This document shows, one piece after another, positions 22,348 through 35,600 of a stretch of 64,000 nucleotides of DNA. The translations under genes and the position numbers were made by a program. Position 1 is the stretch's first letter. Each line of letters starts with the position of its first letter. The notes under the pieces were generated by a model that saw nothing but the letters and a program-made list of their open reading frames with translations, ran no database searches and was not told the origin of the DNA. The stretch lies in assembly GCA_039545335.1 (NCBI GenBank), contig BCIN01000003.1, positions 1,375,941 to 1,439,940 of the forward strand, given 5' to 3'. The stretch comes from Kondoa subrosea (Eukaryota).

Positions 22348-25300
22348 ATGCAATCCTCGTCTAGCAGTCGTTCTGTGGTCTTAGCCGCCTGCCTGCTATG
22401 CTTCTGTCTCCTAGCACCTAATTCAGCACAAGCGGCTGGAGTAATAACATCAGCTAGTCCGCCTAAAGTTGATTTCGAAGCTTTGGGTCAATCTGTCTTG
22501 GCTGGCAATTTCGCTGGCCTGAACATATACGACGGAACAGCTCAGAAGAATGCTACTGCTACTTCAGGCAATGGACAATCTTTGTTAGGCAGAACAGCGA
22601 ATGGGCAATTGACTGTTCTAGGTACAACTGAAAATGGCTCAGGTGGAAGCATCTCTGCCCTATGTCAATCCACAACGGGAAACAAGCTGGTCTATGTTGG
22701 TGGAAACTTCACGTCCATTGCCGGAGTCAATGCTGCAAATATTGCTTCTTTCGACCCATCAACAAATTCTTTTTCTGCACTAGGTTCAGGCTTGGATGGT
22801 GCAGTACAAACCATCTATTGCTCCGACTCGAGTATGCTCTACGTGGGCGGAAACATGACTGGAAATGTCGCGACTTGGGATTATGCTTCTTCCACATGGA
22901 GCGTTCCAACACTTTCAGTCGGTCAATTGAATGGTCCAGTCACTTCAATAGAAGCAGCTGGATCAGGTTCAGACCGTTCTATCTTGCTTGGTGGTTCTTT
23001 CAGCTATTCTATCAGTAACAATACAGCTGGATCAACAAATGCCAATGTGACTTCTATTCCTTCCCTTGGATCTTCTCTCACCCCTATTCCACTCAATACA
23101 CCACGATCTTATACTTGGGCTGGTCCAGCAAGATCGGATTCCGCTAATCCTGAAGACGTCTTTTGCCCATCCGGTGATGGCTCGACTGGAACGACTTGGT
23201 TAGCAAGAGATGATTCAAGTGCTATCTTTGTTGTCAGGTTGTATACTGCTCAGCAAGTGAGTGGAATTAGGATAGGCAATGTGTTCAAAGATGGAAGAGG
23301 GACAAAGCAATTCAAGTATGTCCTGGCCTGGTCATTTTCAGCTTGCTCGCTGATTCTGGCATGGCTTCGATGTACAGAGTCATCACTGTTCCTGATAGCG
23401 TCGTTCAGCCCCTGCAATACTACTCTGTCCCAGGTGATCCAACCTCAGAAATCAGCACTTGTCAATGGGAATGTCCCCTGGCTCAAAATAGCTCAATCCC
23501 TTATCAAGACTTCCTTTTCGCTCAAGGTACAAACGTTACTGGATTCCAGATCAATGTCGACCAATGGTATGGGCCTGGAGGAGGATTCCATCAATTATCT
23601 TTACTCAGTGATGGAGCTTACGCTTTCGCTGATCCGGCTTCCAACCCTTCTTCTTCATCTTCTTGCGGCACTGGTGTCGCAGCACAAGATCTCTCTTCTT
23701 CTTCCACTACCGGTACTTGGACAACTGTAAACGTATCTTCACCAATCCCAGGCGTTCAAAGTCAAGCTCTTCAAGCTACCATACCTGCCGGTACTTCAAG
23801 TTCTGCATCACCTTCTTTAGTCTTCTCTCCCGCAATTGTCGCGCAAGGTAGATACACCGTTTCGCTTCAAGTTCCAGGTTGTTCAGCAATTGGCGATTGC
23901 GCTTCTCGAACCAATGTACAAATCACTACTAATCCTGGACCTGGTCAAGGTGACGAAACAACAGTCACTGTCGCAGAAACCAATACAGTCGATGCTTCCC
24001 TTACCGTTTATGATGGTCCTTTAACAGCAGGTGCTACTTTTACATTGCGTCTGGCTTCCAATTCATCTGGCTCTGGCGGAAATTATCATATCATTGCTAC
24101 GAAGCTATCTCTCGTTGCTGCAGCTACAGATGGGAAACCATTGGCTACCAAACGATCGGGCGCCGGTCTACTCGAATACGTTCCAGCTGGATCAAGCGGT
24201 GTTTGGGGAGATGCTTCCACTTCCTCGGCTACGAATGCAACAGCTTTCGACGCCCTTTCTCTTTCACTTGCTCGAAATGCATCGATTCAATCAATTGTTT
24301 CGGCTGATAATGGTCAAGTCTTCTTTGGCGGAGCGTTTACACCAAATGCAAACATCACTACTGCCAATATCGCGTCATACGCTGGTCCTTCTCAGACAGC
24401 TTTGATGATTCCTGCTGGCGGATTGAACGGTCAAGTCAACTCATTACTGATTCATGATGGTTGGCTTTATGCAGCTGGTCTTTTCAGCTCATCAGCAGAT
24501 GGAAGTGTAACCAACTTGAACAATGTTGCTCGTTGGCAATACAGTCAATCTGGATCTACTTGGCAAGCACTTATTGGCGGTCAAAGACCTTCTTTCGGTT
24601 CATCAGGCGCAACAGACCTTTCTGCTGGTCAAGTCAATGGGAAAGATGCGATCCTGGTTGCTGGTAGCACGAATGGATTGGCTATCTTCAATACCAATAC
24701 TCCAGCTTGGGATTCATCGAGCAATGGTTTCGTCATTGGCTCTTTTACCGCTCTTTCTCCTTCGATCAGCAATGATGGTAGTGGCTATTTGGCTGGAAGT
24801 ATTTCAGCTATGTTCAGATATGGTTCTTCCGGTGCTGCATCACTCCAAGCGAACAAAAGCGGCTATCCTGAATTGGTTCCTATCGATATTAACTTTTCAC
24901 CTTCTTCTGTTTCCGCTCCTGCGTCGACTTCTACTGCTCAAGCTCCTTCTACCTTGGCGAAAAGAGCTTCAGATCTATTGCGCTCCACTCTTGGTCGAAG
25001 AGCAACAATCTCTCCTCGTGCAGCAGCTCCAGTCTCTCTCAACTTACCTGGGCTCTTTGACGTAGATGCATCAACGCAGATCTTTGCTGGTGCATTTTGG
25101 AAGAACGGTTCTACGCAAACTACGATTCTAGGTGGTTCTTTCTCCAGCAATAATGTCCAGAACTTGGCTGCTTATACTTCTAAATCAAGTACATTATATG
25201 GACTACGTAATTTAGGAACAATTAATGGTCCTGTGCATTCCTTGAATGTGATGGATAATATGCTTTTTATTGGCGGCAATTTCACTCAGCCTGCAAATGG

Positions 25301-26901
25301 TTTCTTAGTCTATGATCTGAAGAAAGATCAACTGGCTGGAAATGTTCCTGCATTACAAGGTCAGTAATCGTTTGATTTCTGAAGATCCGAGCATTAGGCT
25401 CACTTTGATTTGCGCTAGCTTACGATGGAGCGAACGCAACTGTCAATGCTATGTTCGCTTCACCTAAAGATGAAGATACTGTCCTCGTTGCTGGAGCTTT
25501 CACTGCTGCTGGATCTGTTGCTTGTGTTGGCGTTTGTCGATGGAGTCAGAAAGACGAAGCTTGGAGTGCTCTGGGCAATGGCTTGAACGGTGTAGTAGCT
25601 GCTATGGATGTAGCAGGGGTAAGTCACTCATGCTCGAATCATTCTCTTGCTGATGTACTTCGCAGGATGACTCGCGGTATCTCCTTGCGGCTGGTTCTTT
25701 CCAGCTCGATAACGCTGCTGCATCCGTCGCCAGATACGACTATCAATCTTCTCGCTGGGAATCGATCGGCAGTTCTTCCTTGCCCGGGCCAGCTACTGCT
25801 ATTAGCGCAGACAACAGGAATGCAAGCAGTATCTACGTTGCCGGAACTTCCGCTAATGGCCAAACACCTTACGCATGGCGCTGGGATGGCTCAAGCTGGT
25901 CTGATATCGGCACTGGTGCATTAGCAGCAGGAAGTGCCATCTCTCAGCTATCTTTTGTACCTCTTTCCGACAATGCAGCTTCAAACGCCGTCATGCAAGG
26001 TAACAGACGCTTAATGGCTTCTGGCCAGCTCGCTCTTCAAGGCTACGGTGATGCCTCAAGCGCTTTCTTCGACGGCATGAATTGGTACCCGTTCATAACA
26101 TCAATTACTCCGTCTGGCGAACCCGGAAGAATTGCATCTTTGTTCTCCTCTGTCTCCTCTTTCAGACTGAGCAGACGTGAGTCGTGTTTACTCAAGTGTC
26201 ACGACTAGACTGATGTTCAACGCAGATCATCTTTCGGTTGGTCTTGTCGTTCTGATCTCAATTGCAATTTCGCTCGGCATTGTATTCCTCTTGGTTCTCA
26301 TCGGTCTCATCATTGCTTTGCGTTATCGACACAACGAAGAGAAACACGCTTATCCGGCACCAATGCCCGTCAATTACGACAACGATAGTACTACAGAAAA
26401 GACTCGTCATCGTCCTACATCTCTACTAGCAACCTTAAACGCAGCAACAGCAATGCTGAGCGGTGATCATTTGGCTAAGGAAGGCAAAGGTCAACAACAG
26501 AGAACAGCTTCGCGATCAGATGTCGGTCTTGATGAAGATAGCCGGTCGATCGGAGAGGAGGATATGGGTCAAGCAGCAGTCGCAAGGATGCGAAACACTT
26601 CTTCACAACTTGGCGGCGAGGACGATGAGCCAGATATCGTGCGCATGAGATATTCTTTCCAGTAAGGGATTTCTCTTTCAGGCAGAGGCCAGGGTCTGAC
26701 GATTTCTCTGCAGTGCGGAAGCGGATGGAGAATTGGATTGCGAGGTATGTCACACCTTCTCAAAATAATATGTAGCTAAATCTTTGCGACAAGGTTGGCG
26801 AGGAGATACAAGTTTTGGACAGATCAGATTCTGTATGGAACTTCGTTCAGAGGGCTTCCGACGGCAAAAGAGGCGTTGTGCCGAGTAGCTATATCTTTTA
26901 G
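22348..26901 (+). CDS. RAX2: Cell-polarity cortical marker Rax2-like type I membrane protein with C-terminal SH3 domain
   Basis: Signal peptide; VDFEALGQ.VLAGNFAGL; repeated YVGGNF/GGxF beta-propeller-like motifs; QDF.F, WYG.GGG; single TM VVLISIAISLGIVFLLVLIG; SH3-like tail RYSF.AEADGEL...W...GKRGVVPSSY*. Confidence 0.88.
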
Positions 26902-27041
26902 GCAGACGGGGAGTAATTTAATACAGGCTTTTTCTTAAGGGGTCGCATTGTGTATTTACGAAATCGTTTTCATCCAGGCAATCCATACTTGCTTTCAGTG
27001 CAATGTTTATATACAATTACGCCTGTTCTGATCACATTTGA

Positions 27042-28283
27042 TCACATTGATTTGATGTACCAAGTATCGGATTCGGCAACTTGTGGAAGTGTCAGAAGCG
27101 AATTTACAACGAGAGACAGCACATACCAGCTTGACCACCCGCATAGTCAGCTTGACCAGTATTCTGGCCAATTGAGGCATACAATTGGAACCGATTGGCT
27201 AGGAGCATCTCCAAGATGTCCAGCAGAAGCACACGCTGCAGGAAGAGAATTAGACAAATGTATGCTCTTCGCGACCATGTCTTTACAGATTCAACCGCTG
27301 AGCCATCCGTCACCGCATTGAAAGGATGGCTGTACGTTCGCATCAGTATGTGAGAGCCAAGCATCGTGATTACCTACCCGTGCAAGTCGAAAGTGCTGTC
27401 AAGGGAGGTGTTATAAATGGCAAGAGCTCATTGCAGCTCGTATACACGTACTAGCTGCCATTTTCCTTCATCTGTTCCTTCTTAACATGTCTTCCCAACA
27501 CTCTGCCTGCTTCCTACATCAGCGAAGTAGAATTCTCCTCCACAAGGCACGTACGAAATTGAGCAACTAGGTCGCTAGGCGGATCAACCAGCTTGAGATG
27601 GTCGCCCGAACTGAATACAATTGCGAACCAAGTAGAAGGCGACGTATTCGATTCGATTCGAAACAGCAACGAATCTTTGTGGAACGGGGTTCTGGAAATG
27701 AAAGTTGAAGTTTGCAAAACGTATCCGTTTTCGTACATGGTACGAAGGATAGAAAGCACCATCCGTCGACCTTCTGATGCCGAGCCATACCAAGGTCTTG
27801 CATCACAGCTGAGCCAGATCTTGTGATCGCATGTTTGCTTACCTGCCAGATAGCTTGAACTCAGTGCCGTCAGTGATTGCTTCTTCGCGCTTGATACCAT
27901 CCGACTGTATACAGTCTGATCATATCTGACTTGGCCCTGCACAAAGCAAACTTACCCAAGTCGAAGTAATGTCTACTGCACAATGAGCTGCAAGTGTGAC
28001 AATAGAGAGAAACATACCTTACCTTGTCGAAGTATGTCTACAATACGCTTAGGCACACGTATAGTGCGGACCTTGTCCGAGTCATTGAAGGAGATGCAGC
28101 TTTGAACGGAAATGAGACAGCAAAAGGAGGAACTACACGAGTACTAGCGTACGCGAAAGCGGAAGTAGAATAAGCCCCAGAAGTAGACGTCTCGTTATAA
28201 GCAGGCAGAGCAGCAGCCTCTTGATTAGCTAAGCGGTCTTCTTCTGCTTCTTGAGCTTTGGACTTGAGACCAGGAATATGCAT
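27042..28283 (-). CDS. Uncharacterised fungal protein with two tandem copies of a ~110-aa module, multi-exon
   Basis: Spliced frame FACISFNDSDKVRTI..P...W.DGI...EFKLSGRPW...RRMVLSIL..MYENGY.L..S...KDSLLF, followed by a second copy WFAIVFSSGDHLKLV.PP...FDL...PF...LLDILE.L...FQLYASI...ESDTWY; GT-AG introns. Confidence 0.7.
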
Positions 28284-28460
28284 CGCGGAGGCAAAGAGAA
28301 GAAGAGCGGAAAGAAGAGAGAGATTAGTAGCATGACTAGTAGGTCCGCAGCACACGTGCGAACAGGCACGACTCAAGACTTGTAAGTTGTGACGCTTCTC
28401 CTAGTAACCGGGTGCAGCCAAAGTCTTGGTAGTTGCGACCTGGAGGCGCTACAGCACGCC

Positions 28461-31400
28461 ATGACGTCGCATTCCCCTCTGACAGTGGACGACGTAGTGC
28501 CATTGCTCTCGCTGGTCGAGCATGTCAAGCTGTTTCTGCCAGTCAAAATACCTGAAGAGTTGCAAACGCAAGCTGCTCTAGTGATTCTGTCGAATACTGG
28601 CAAGGATGACGTGGAAGAAGGCGGTCTCGTCCTGCTGTGTGGTCATTCGAAAGCCATTGAGCGAAGCTCTGCTCTCCCAATTCTCGATACAACGAGGATA
28701 GCCACAGTTCAGATGCCTGCCGAAGCTCAGTCAGACCAAGCAGAACCCGCAACCAAGGACTTTGCAGTCACTTTCTCTGATGCCTCTCATCTTGCATTTT
28801 TCCCCCTGTCAGTAATAGTATCGGACCACGAGTCGCTGCAAGATCTGCTGCAAGAGACTAGACGTATTATGGAAGCCGCAGGTAGCTACTGAGTCGTGGG
28901 CTCCAACCTGTGCTTAGTATATGCTGCCAGGCAAGAACAAGGTCACAGCAGAACGAACATTAGAATGGATTCGACGATTTGATACTTCCTCCTCTACAGC
29001 AAGCGGCACGCTGCTTAGATCTACCTCCTCAGCACGTAAACAACTCATCTCTTCGCCTCAAGGTATCTTCTTCCTCCTGCTTGGCTACTTCATCTCCCTC
29101 TTTTGGCTGATCTTACGAGCAGGACTTCGTGTTCGATCAATAACGACAACGCATCCTGAGAATCCTGCAGATGTACAAGATGCTGTCCGAACTTCATATA
29201 TCAACAGACAATTAGCTGGAAAGCGGAAAGAATATACTGAAATTCATTCTGTCAATGTTTCGATCCTTTCTTGGAATGTAGCCTCGAGAGAACCGAAAGC
29301 AGGTTGCTGCGATTGGATAAATTCGTGTCCTGATGCAGACATAGTCATTATAGGGTAGATTACTCTCATCGTTATAATGTCATGTCAAGCTAATATTTCC
29401 AGCTCAGGTTGCAAGAAGTAGATATGAGTCAAGCTGCTCTGTTCCAATATCGACCAGAGAGACAAATCGCATGGGAAGCAATGCTCACTTCAGCCTTAGC
29501 GAGCGCATCAAGTCATTATACTCGAATAGTTGCCAAACAACTCGTTGGACTTTTGCTCGTCGTCTTTGTGAAAGAAGAATTAGCGACTAGAATCACAGCT
29601 GCAGAAATTGATACAGTCGCTTGCGGAACTCTTGGTTTCGCGAACAAAGGAGCTGTTGCTGTTCACCTTAAGCTGGATGACACGTCAATGATCTTCGCGA
29701 ACTGTCATCTAGCTGCATTTGAGGATAAGCGAGATGTGAGTTCTCTGCATGCTTTTCATCATCAATAGACGCTAAGTAGGTCTTACAGCGTCGGAACGAA
29801 GACTTCAAATATGTACAATCAACGCTCGCCTTTCAGACTGCAGAACAATTGGACAATTTTGCTTTGGTGCAGCCAGAAATTGCGAAAACATTGCCCAGGA
29901 ATTCGATGTATCATAGCCAGTCAGTCTTGAATCGTCCCAAATGCTATTATTTCCACGTCTTACTATACATTGAGGCACACTTTTGTCTTTGGAGACTTGA
30001 ATTATAGGATTGACTTGAGCAGCTCAGAAGTTCGTGGCAGAATAGAGCGAGATGAGATGAGGTCCATGTTCGCGCATGATCAAGTGAGTGATCGATGGTT
30101 GTATTTTCCTGGCTCCGGCTAAGTGCACTGTAGTTGACTGCCGAATTGAAAGATGGTGTCTTCAAAGGCTATCAAGAAGGCGCAATAGATTTTCATCCTA
30201 CTTATCGTTTCGATGTGGGAACCTCTCAATATGACAGTAGCGAGAAGCAAAGAACGCCTTCATGGACAGACCGCATTCTCTGGTTCAGGCCGAATGTCGA
30301 AGAGGAGCACAAAGAGAAAGCAGAAGATCTACCTCTACCTTCGATTGAGCAGATACATTACCAATCTCACATGGACTCGACCTTCTCAGATCACAAACCA
30401 ATCTCCGCTTTCTTCGCAGTATCTGTCAGTGTTCCGTATCAACCAACTGTATAGTTTTCTGACATCCCATGTAGATCGAACGTGTTCAAGCAGAAAAGAG
30501 AGCCGAAATTCGGCGGCATATCATTTCTTCGCTAGACGAATTCGAGAATACACATCAGGTGAGCTCTGTTCAGATTATTCACCCGAATCAAGCCAATTGT
30601 GTCTTCTTCAGCCCAAGATCAAGCTCAGACCGAACACGATCGAGTTCCCGACGCTTTCGTATGGGGAACCGATGACTCGTTCTATTACATGCGAAAATGT
30701 TGGCGATGTGGCAGCAGAATTCCGCTTCACACCCAAACCAGGTGCAACGGGAAATGAGGATGGCGAAATTTGTCCTCCTTGGCTACAAGTCAGCCCGATG
30801 CATGGCTTACTTCTACCCGGCGAAATCATTACATTGCTTTTCGATATCACCATTGATAAGACACTTGCATCTCGACTAAATGATGCTTCTGCAACAATAG
30901 AACCAGAGCTTCTCATCTTATCGTTGACAAACGGAAGAGATATCTTCTTGCAAGTTGTTCCATCAGGCTATACGCCGACTTTCTTATGCTGCAAACTTGA
31001 AGGGCTGCTTCGTACATCTGGCGCTGTCGCTACTTTGGAAACAGAAGAGAGAAGCAAAGTGCTAGATCGAGGCGAAGGGGACCAGCTTCGCAAGCTTCCA
31101 AAGGAGGTTCAGCAAATCACTGACTTTTTGGCAAAGCACGCAATGCAAATGGTATGCTCTATACCTGTCACTTGTCGCCATATACACAACTGACTATATT
31201 GATCTAGCTTGATCTTTTTCTATCGCCGGCAGACCCAGTGTTGGTACGATCAGTCCGGTCGGCCCTCGACCGTGGTACAACGCTGGACATGTCTACATTA
31301 ACAACAGTCAAACCTAAATTATCTTCAAGTCCTTCTCAAGCCGAATTGGACATGGGCGATCTATCCCTCGAAGCAGAGAAAGCGAGTCCCGAAGATGAAG

Positions 31401-31920
31401 TTTGCCTTGCTTTGGGCCAATTACTTTTGGATTGGCTAGATGCTTTGCCGATACCTTTGGTACCATACGAACTGTACAGTAGAGCATTGGCTGCAGAAGT
31501 GAGGGAGAGCGCATACAAGGTAGGTCTGATATCTGTTGGAAGGACATGAGCTAATACTGCACAGGTTTTGGTACAATTTCCTGAAGCTGTGAGTCTAGTC
31601 TGAATGACCTTGGTACTATAAGTCTGATCTGCCTGTACAGCACCAACTCGCTTTCATGCATATTGTCGCTTTCATGAAGACCTATTTAGATCGCAGTCGA
31701 AGTATCACTTCACAAGATTCGCAAGGCTCTAGAATAGATCGACTAGCTGTGGTATTATCAAACGTAATGGTCAAGCCAGATTCGCGGAGTTTTGCGTAAG
31801 TTTCCTTTTCATACAGGGTGGATGCAAAGTGATATAAGGCTCTTTCCATGTAGCGATAAAGCGATAGTAGGATCTCCTGCCAAGCGGAAACGGTTCTTGC
31901 ATATGTTTCTTGTAGATTAG
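28461..31920 (+). CDS. OCRL/INPP5B-like inositol polyphosphate 5-phosphatase (5-phosphatase + ASH + RhoGAP-like domains)
   Basis: SWNV, GLQEVD, KQLVGL, NKGAV, NCHLAA, FGDLNYRID, PTYRFD.GT, RTPSWTDRIL and SDHKPI, then an Ig-like ASH segment (ITCENVGDV.AEF.F, WLQVSP..G.LLPGE) and a RhoGAP-like WLDALPIPLVP. Confidence 0.92.
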
Positions 31921-31968
31921 GATAGTGGTAATACAATAATATAATGCAACAGGTGGAAAGACGAGATG

Positions 31969-32450
31969 TTATGAGTGGTCTTTCGCTACACTTTCGCCTG
32001 GAACATCTCAATCAGCACACAGTCTGCTTGATTTGCAGCAATGCTTACCCTTGTATACTGCTTTCAGCGTATCTGCTACTCCATGTCCTGCTGCATCCTC
32101 TCGCGCTTTCTTCTTGAGTACTTCAATATTGGAAGGGTGTACCTATTAAGCCACGACTAAGTGCTAGCTAGTGTAATGCAGACCAGACCAACAAGGTTAT
32201 CGGCTAGCACATAGGCTGAAAATGCTATCACAGCAATACCGAAGCCAGGGAAGAAGTTGCGAATGTCTGCAGTACACGGACTGATGCTTAGCTCATAGAG
32301 CAAGTCTGAAGCAATGACCTACAGTTCCTCGTCGAGAAGACTGGATGAGACCGCCATGCTTCTCGTTTCGCCCAAGGGTCTCGGTATCTGTGATTCTGGG
32401 TTGGAAGAGGATCCAGTACGGCTCAGTATAGACTCTCACAGGTGCGACAT
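31969..32450 (-). CDS. NDUFB3: NADH:ubiquinone oxidoreductase B12/NDUFB3 subunit, 5 exons
   Basis: Not visible as one ORF; splices to MSHLYRDPWAKREAWRSHPVFS...FFPGFGIAVIAFSAYV. The DPW.x.EAWR and FPG.GIA motifs are typical of this family. Confidence 0.88.
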
Positions 32451-32646
32451 GTTGCTTGAGCAAGGAGAAGACTGCTTCGGTCAACACCGGTTGAACACTT
32501 GGGATTTGTCCAAGTGTTTTCGTTTTCTTCCTCAAACGGCTAAGTGTCGAACTTCAGCCACCTGTCACCCTCAATTTGTACTCTACGGCGCTCATCACGC
32601 TCCTGAACGATAGAGTGGCCTCTACACTACACATCGCACGCTCAAG

Positions 32647-35600
32647 ATGGGCAAGAAACGCGTAATTCAACCTACCTCTGTAAGGAAATGTCAATGCAGA
32701 CAAGAAGTCACTAGGCTGAAATGCTCTGACAGGACTCTGAAGCTGAAGACATCCCTTTGGTGAGCTCTTGTCTGCTGTGCTCGAGTCCTCTTTCTTTTCT
32801 CTTGCCTTTCCTATTTCGCTTTCGAGCTTGCCTTCTGTTGCTTGAACATATAATGCTTCGAGAATCGCTTCTTATGCCCTTCTCTTTGTTCTGTATTGCT
32901 AGTCCAAACGAGCTAAAGTGGAAGAAGACTCTGCACCACCTTTATCTGGCGAGAGTGTTGACCCTTCTTTGCTTACTAAGAAGCAAACTAATGGCGCCAA
33001 CAACGATGGAGAAGATTCCGATGCTCCCTTGGTCGGCGTTTCTGCTTCGGTCCCACCTCTCGAACCTACTGTTCACAAAGGTTTCAGTACTGCTCGTTCT
33101 GATGACGAAGATATGCCTTTAGCTCACAGAAATTCACCTGCTCCTCCTCCTCCTTACGAAGAGAAAGAGAAGAAGACATCAGAAGCTTCTGCTGCAAAGA
33201 ATGGCAAGAAGAAAACGAGAAACGATGAATCAGAAGCAGAAAAGTCATCTGATGAAGATGAAAGCAAACCTTTAGCTGAAAAAGCCAAACCAAAAGCTAA
33301 AACTAAAGCAACTGCTAAACCTAAAGCGAAACCTGCTGCAAAGAAGAAGAAGCCTAATGAGGACAACGGTTCAGATGATGATGAAGAACCTGCTGCAACA
33401 AAGAAAGGCAAAGCTGCAGCTAAACCAAAGAAGACTCCTGCTCCAAATAAAGGTAAAGCCAAGAAAGAAGAAGATGCTGAAGGCGACGCTTTGTTGGCGG
33501 GCGATGGTGACGGCGGAAGTAACGCTGGAACCGAAGGTGAAGAAGATTACAAGTGGTGGGAGAATCAAAAAGAAGACAACAGTGTCAAATGGCAGACTTT
33601 GTCTCATGCTGGTGTCCTCTTCCCTGAAGAATACCAACCGCTTCCTGCCAACGTCAAAATGCTTTACGATGGTATGTTGAAACCCAATCTGCAAATGCAT
33701 TGAGGCTCACTCGTCCTTGTAGGCAAGCCTGTGGATCTTCCACCTGAGTCAGAAGAAGTCGCTGGCTTCTTTGCTGCTTTGATCGAGTCGGATCATGCTC
33801 AAAAACCCGTTTTCGTCGAGAACTTCTTCAGAGATTGGAAGAGCGTGTTGGCTGATTATCCTCCTGTAAGTCTATGCATAGATCTGTGACCTTTGTGCCA
33901 ATCTTTCGTAACAGCGCAATGGAATCAAAATCAAAGAGTTTGAGAAATGCGATTTTCGGCCCATGTGGGAATACTTCGAGGGTGAAAGGGCAGCAAAGAA
34001 GAGCATGAAGAAAGCTCAGAAAGACGCTGCCAAGGCGCTTAAAGAAGAGCAAGAAGAACCTTACAAGTTTGCATTGCTGGATGGCCGCAAAGAGAAAGTC
34101 GGTAACTTCCGCGTTGAACCTCCTGGTTTGTTCCGTGGTCGAGGAGCTCATCCAAAGACTGGCATGCTGAAGGTGAGCTCGATTGTAGATCATGTAGTTT
34201 TAGCACTGAATTTTTGCGTAGACCCGCGTTGATCCTGAACAAATTACTCTAAACATTGGCAAAGAGGCTGAAGTTCCTGCTCCTCCTGCTGGTCATAGTT
34301 GGGGAAAAATTCAACACGACAATACCGTGTCCTGGCTGGCTATGTGGAAAGAGAACATCAATGGTGCTTTCAAATACGTCTTCTTCGCTGCGGGTTCTTC
34401 TTTGAAGGGTGCATCTGATCTCAAGAAGTTTGAAAAGGCTAGACAGCTCAAAGTAAGTCCTTTGCCTTTACTTTTCAGATTTGCGTTGAATTTCTTCACA
34501 GGATCACATTGACGAGATTCGCCGCGACTACACCCGAGATCTCAACGACAAGGCCATGCAGATTCGTCAACGCGCTACTGCTGTCTATCTCATTGATCAG
34601 TACGCTTTGCGAAACGGTAACGAGAAAGGCGAAGACGAAGCAGACACCGTTGGCTGTTGCTCCCTGAAATGTGGTCATATCACCCTCACTCAGCCTGACG
34701 AAGTACTCTTTGACTTTTTGGGTAAAGATTCCATCCGCTTCTTACAGACCTTCAAAGTCGATTTGCAAGTCTTTAAGAACCTCCGTATCTTCAAGAAAGA
34801 GCCAAAAGGAGAAGACGATCTTCTGTTTGATCGTTTGACTGTGTGTCAAATCTTCAGCAAGCATGCTATGTGAAGACTAATCTTGACTCAAACAGACTAC
34901 CAACGTCAACACTTACCTGAAAGAATACATGGATGGTCTCACCGCCAAAGTGTTCCGTACCTACAATGCTTCTGCCACTTTCCAGGAACAGCTCGACAAG
35001 CTCACCCAGGAGGAAGACAGTGTTGCGGACAAGATTCTCGCCTACAATCGTGCTAATCGAATGGTTGCTGTGCTCTGTAACCATCAACGTGCTGTTCCTA
35101 AAACTCATGATCAGCAAATGGAGAAGATGGACGATAGGGTACGTCCACTTGTCAGACTTCGGTGGTTAGACCTAATCAATCCTTCTCATCCTGCAGCTCA
35201 AAGCTCTGTTTTATCAGCGTCGCAAGGCAGGTCTCTCGCAAAGCTTACACGAAAAGGAACTAAATCATGCTCACTTCAGCTTCGTTACGCTCTTTTGACC
35301 GAACTGAAAGAAGACGGCGCTAGTAAAGCTACACGCGCAGAGTTCGAAGAGTACGAGGAGGGTGAAGAAGAGCTTGATGACGAATGGATCGCTGCCCACG
35401 AAGAGTATTTGCGAGACGACAAAAAGGCTAAGGTTCGTGATTGAGCGCGATTGAAGCAGATATTGAGTCGAAATAACTAAATATTATCCTCAGGCTCAGA
35501 AGAAGTTCGACACCGATGCAGCTAAAGATGATGCAGAATTTGACATGGGGGAAGGAGAGGAAGATGCAGAGATGGAAGATGTTAAACCTGTTGTCAAGAA

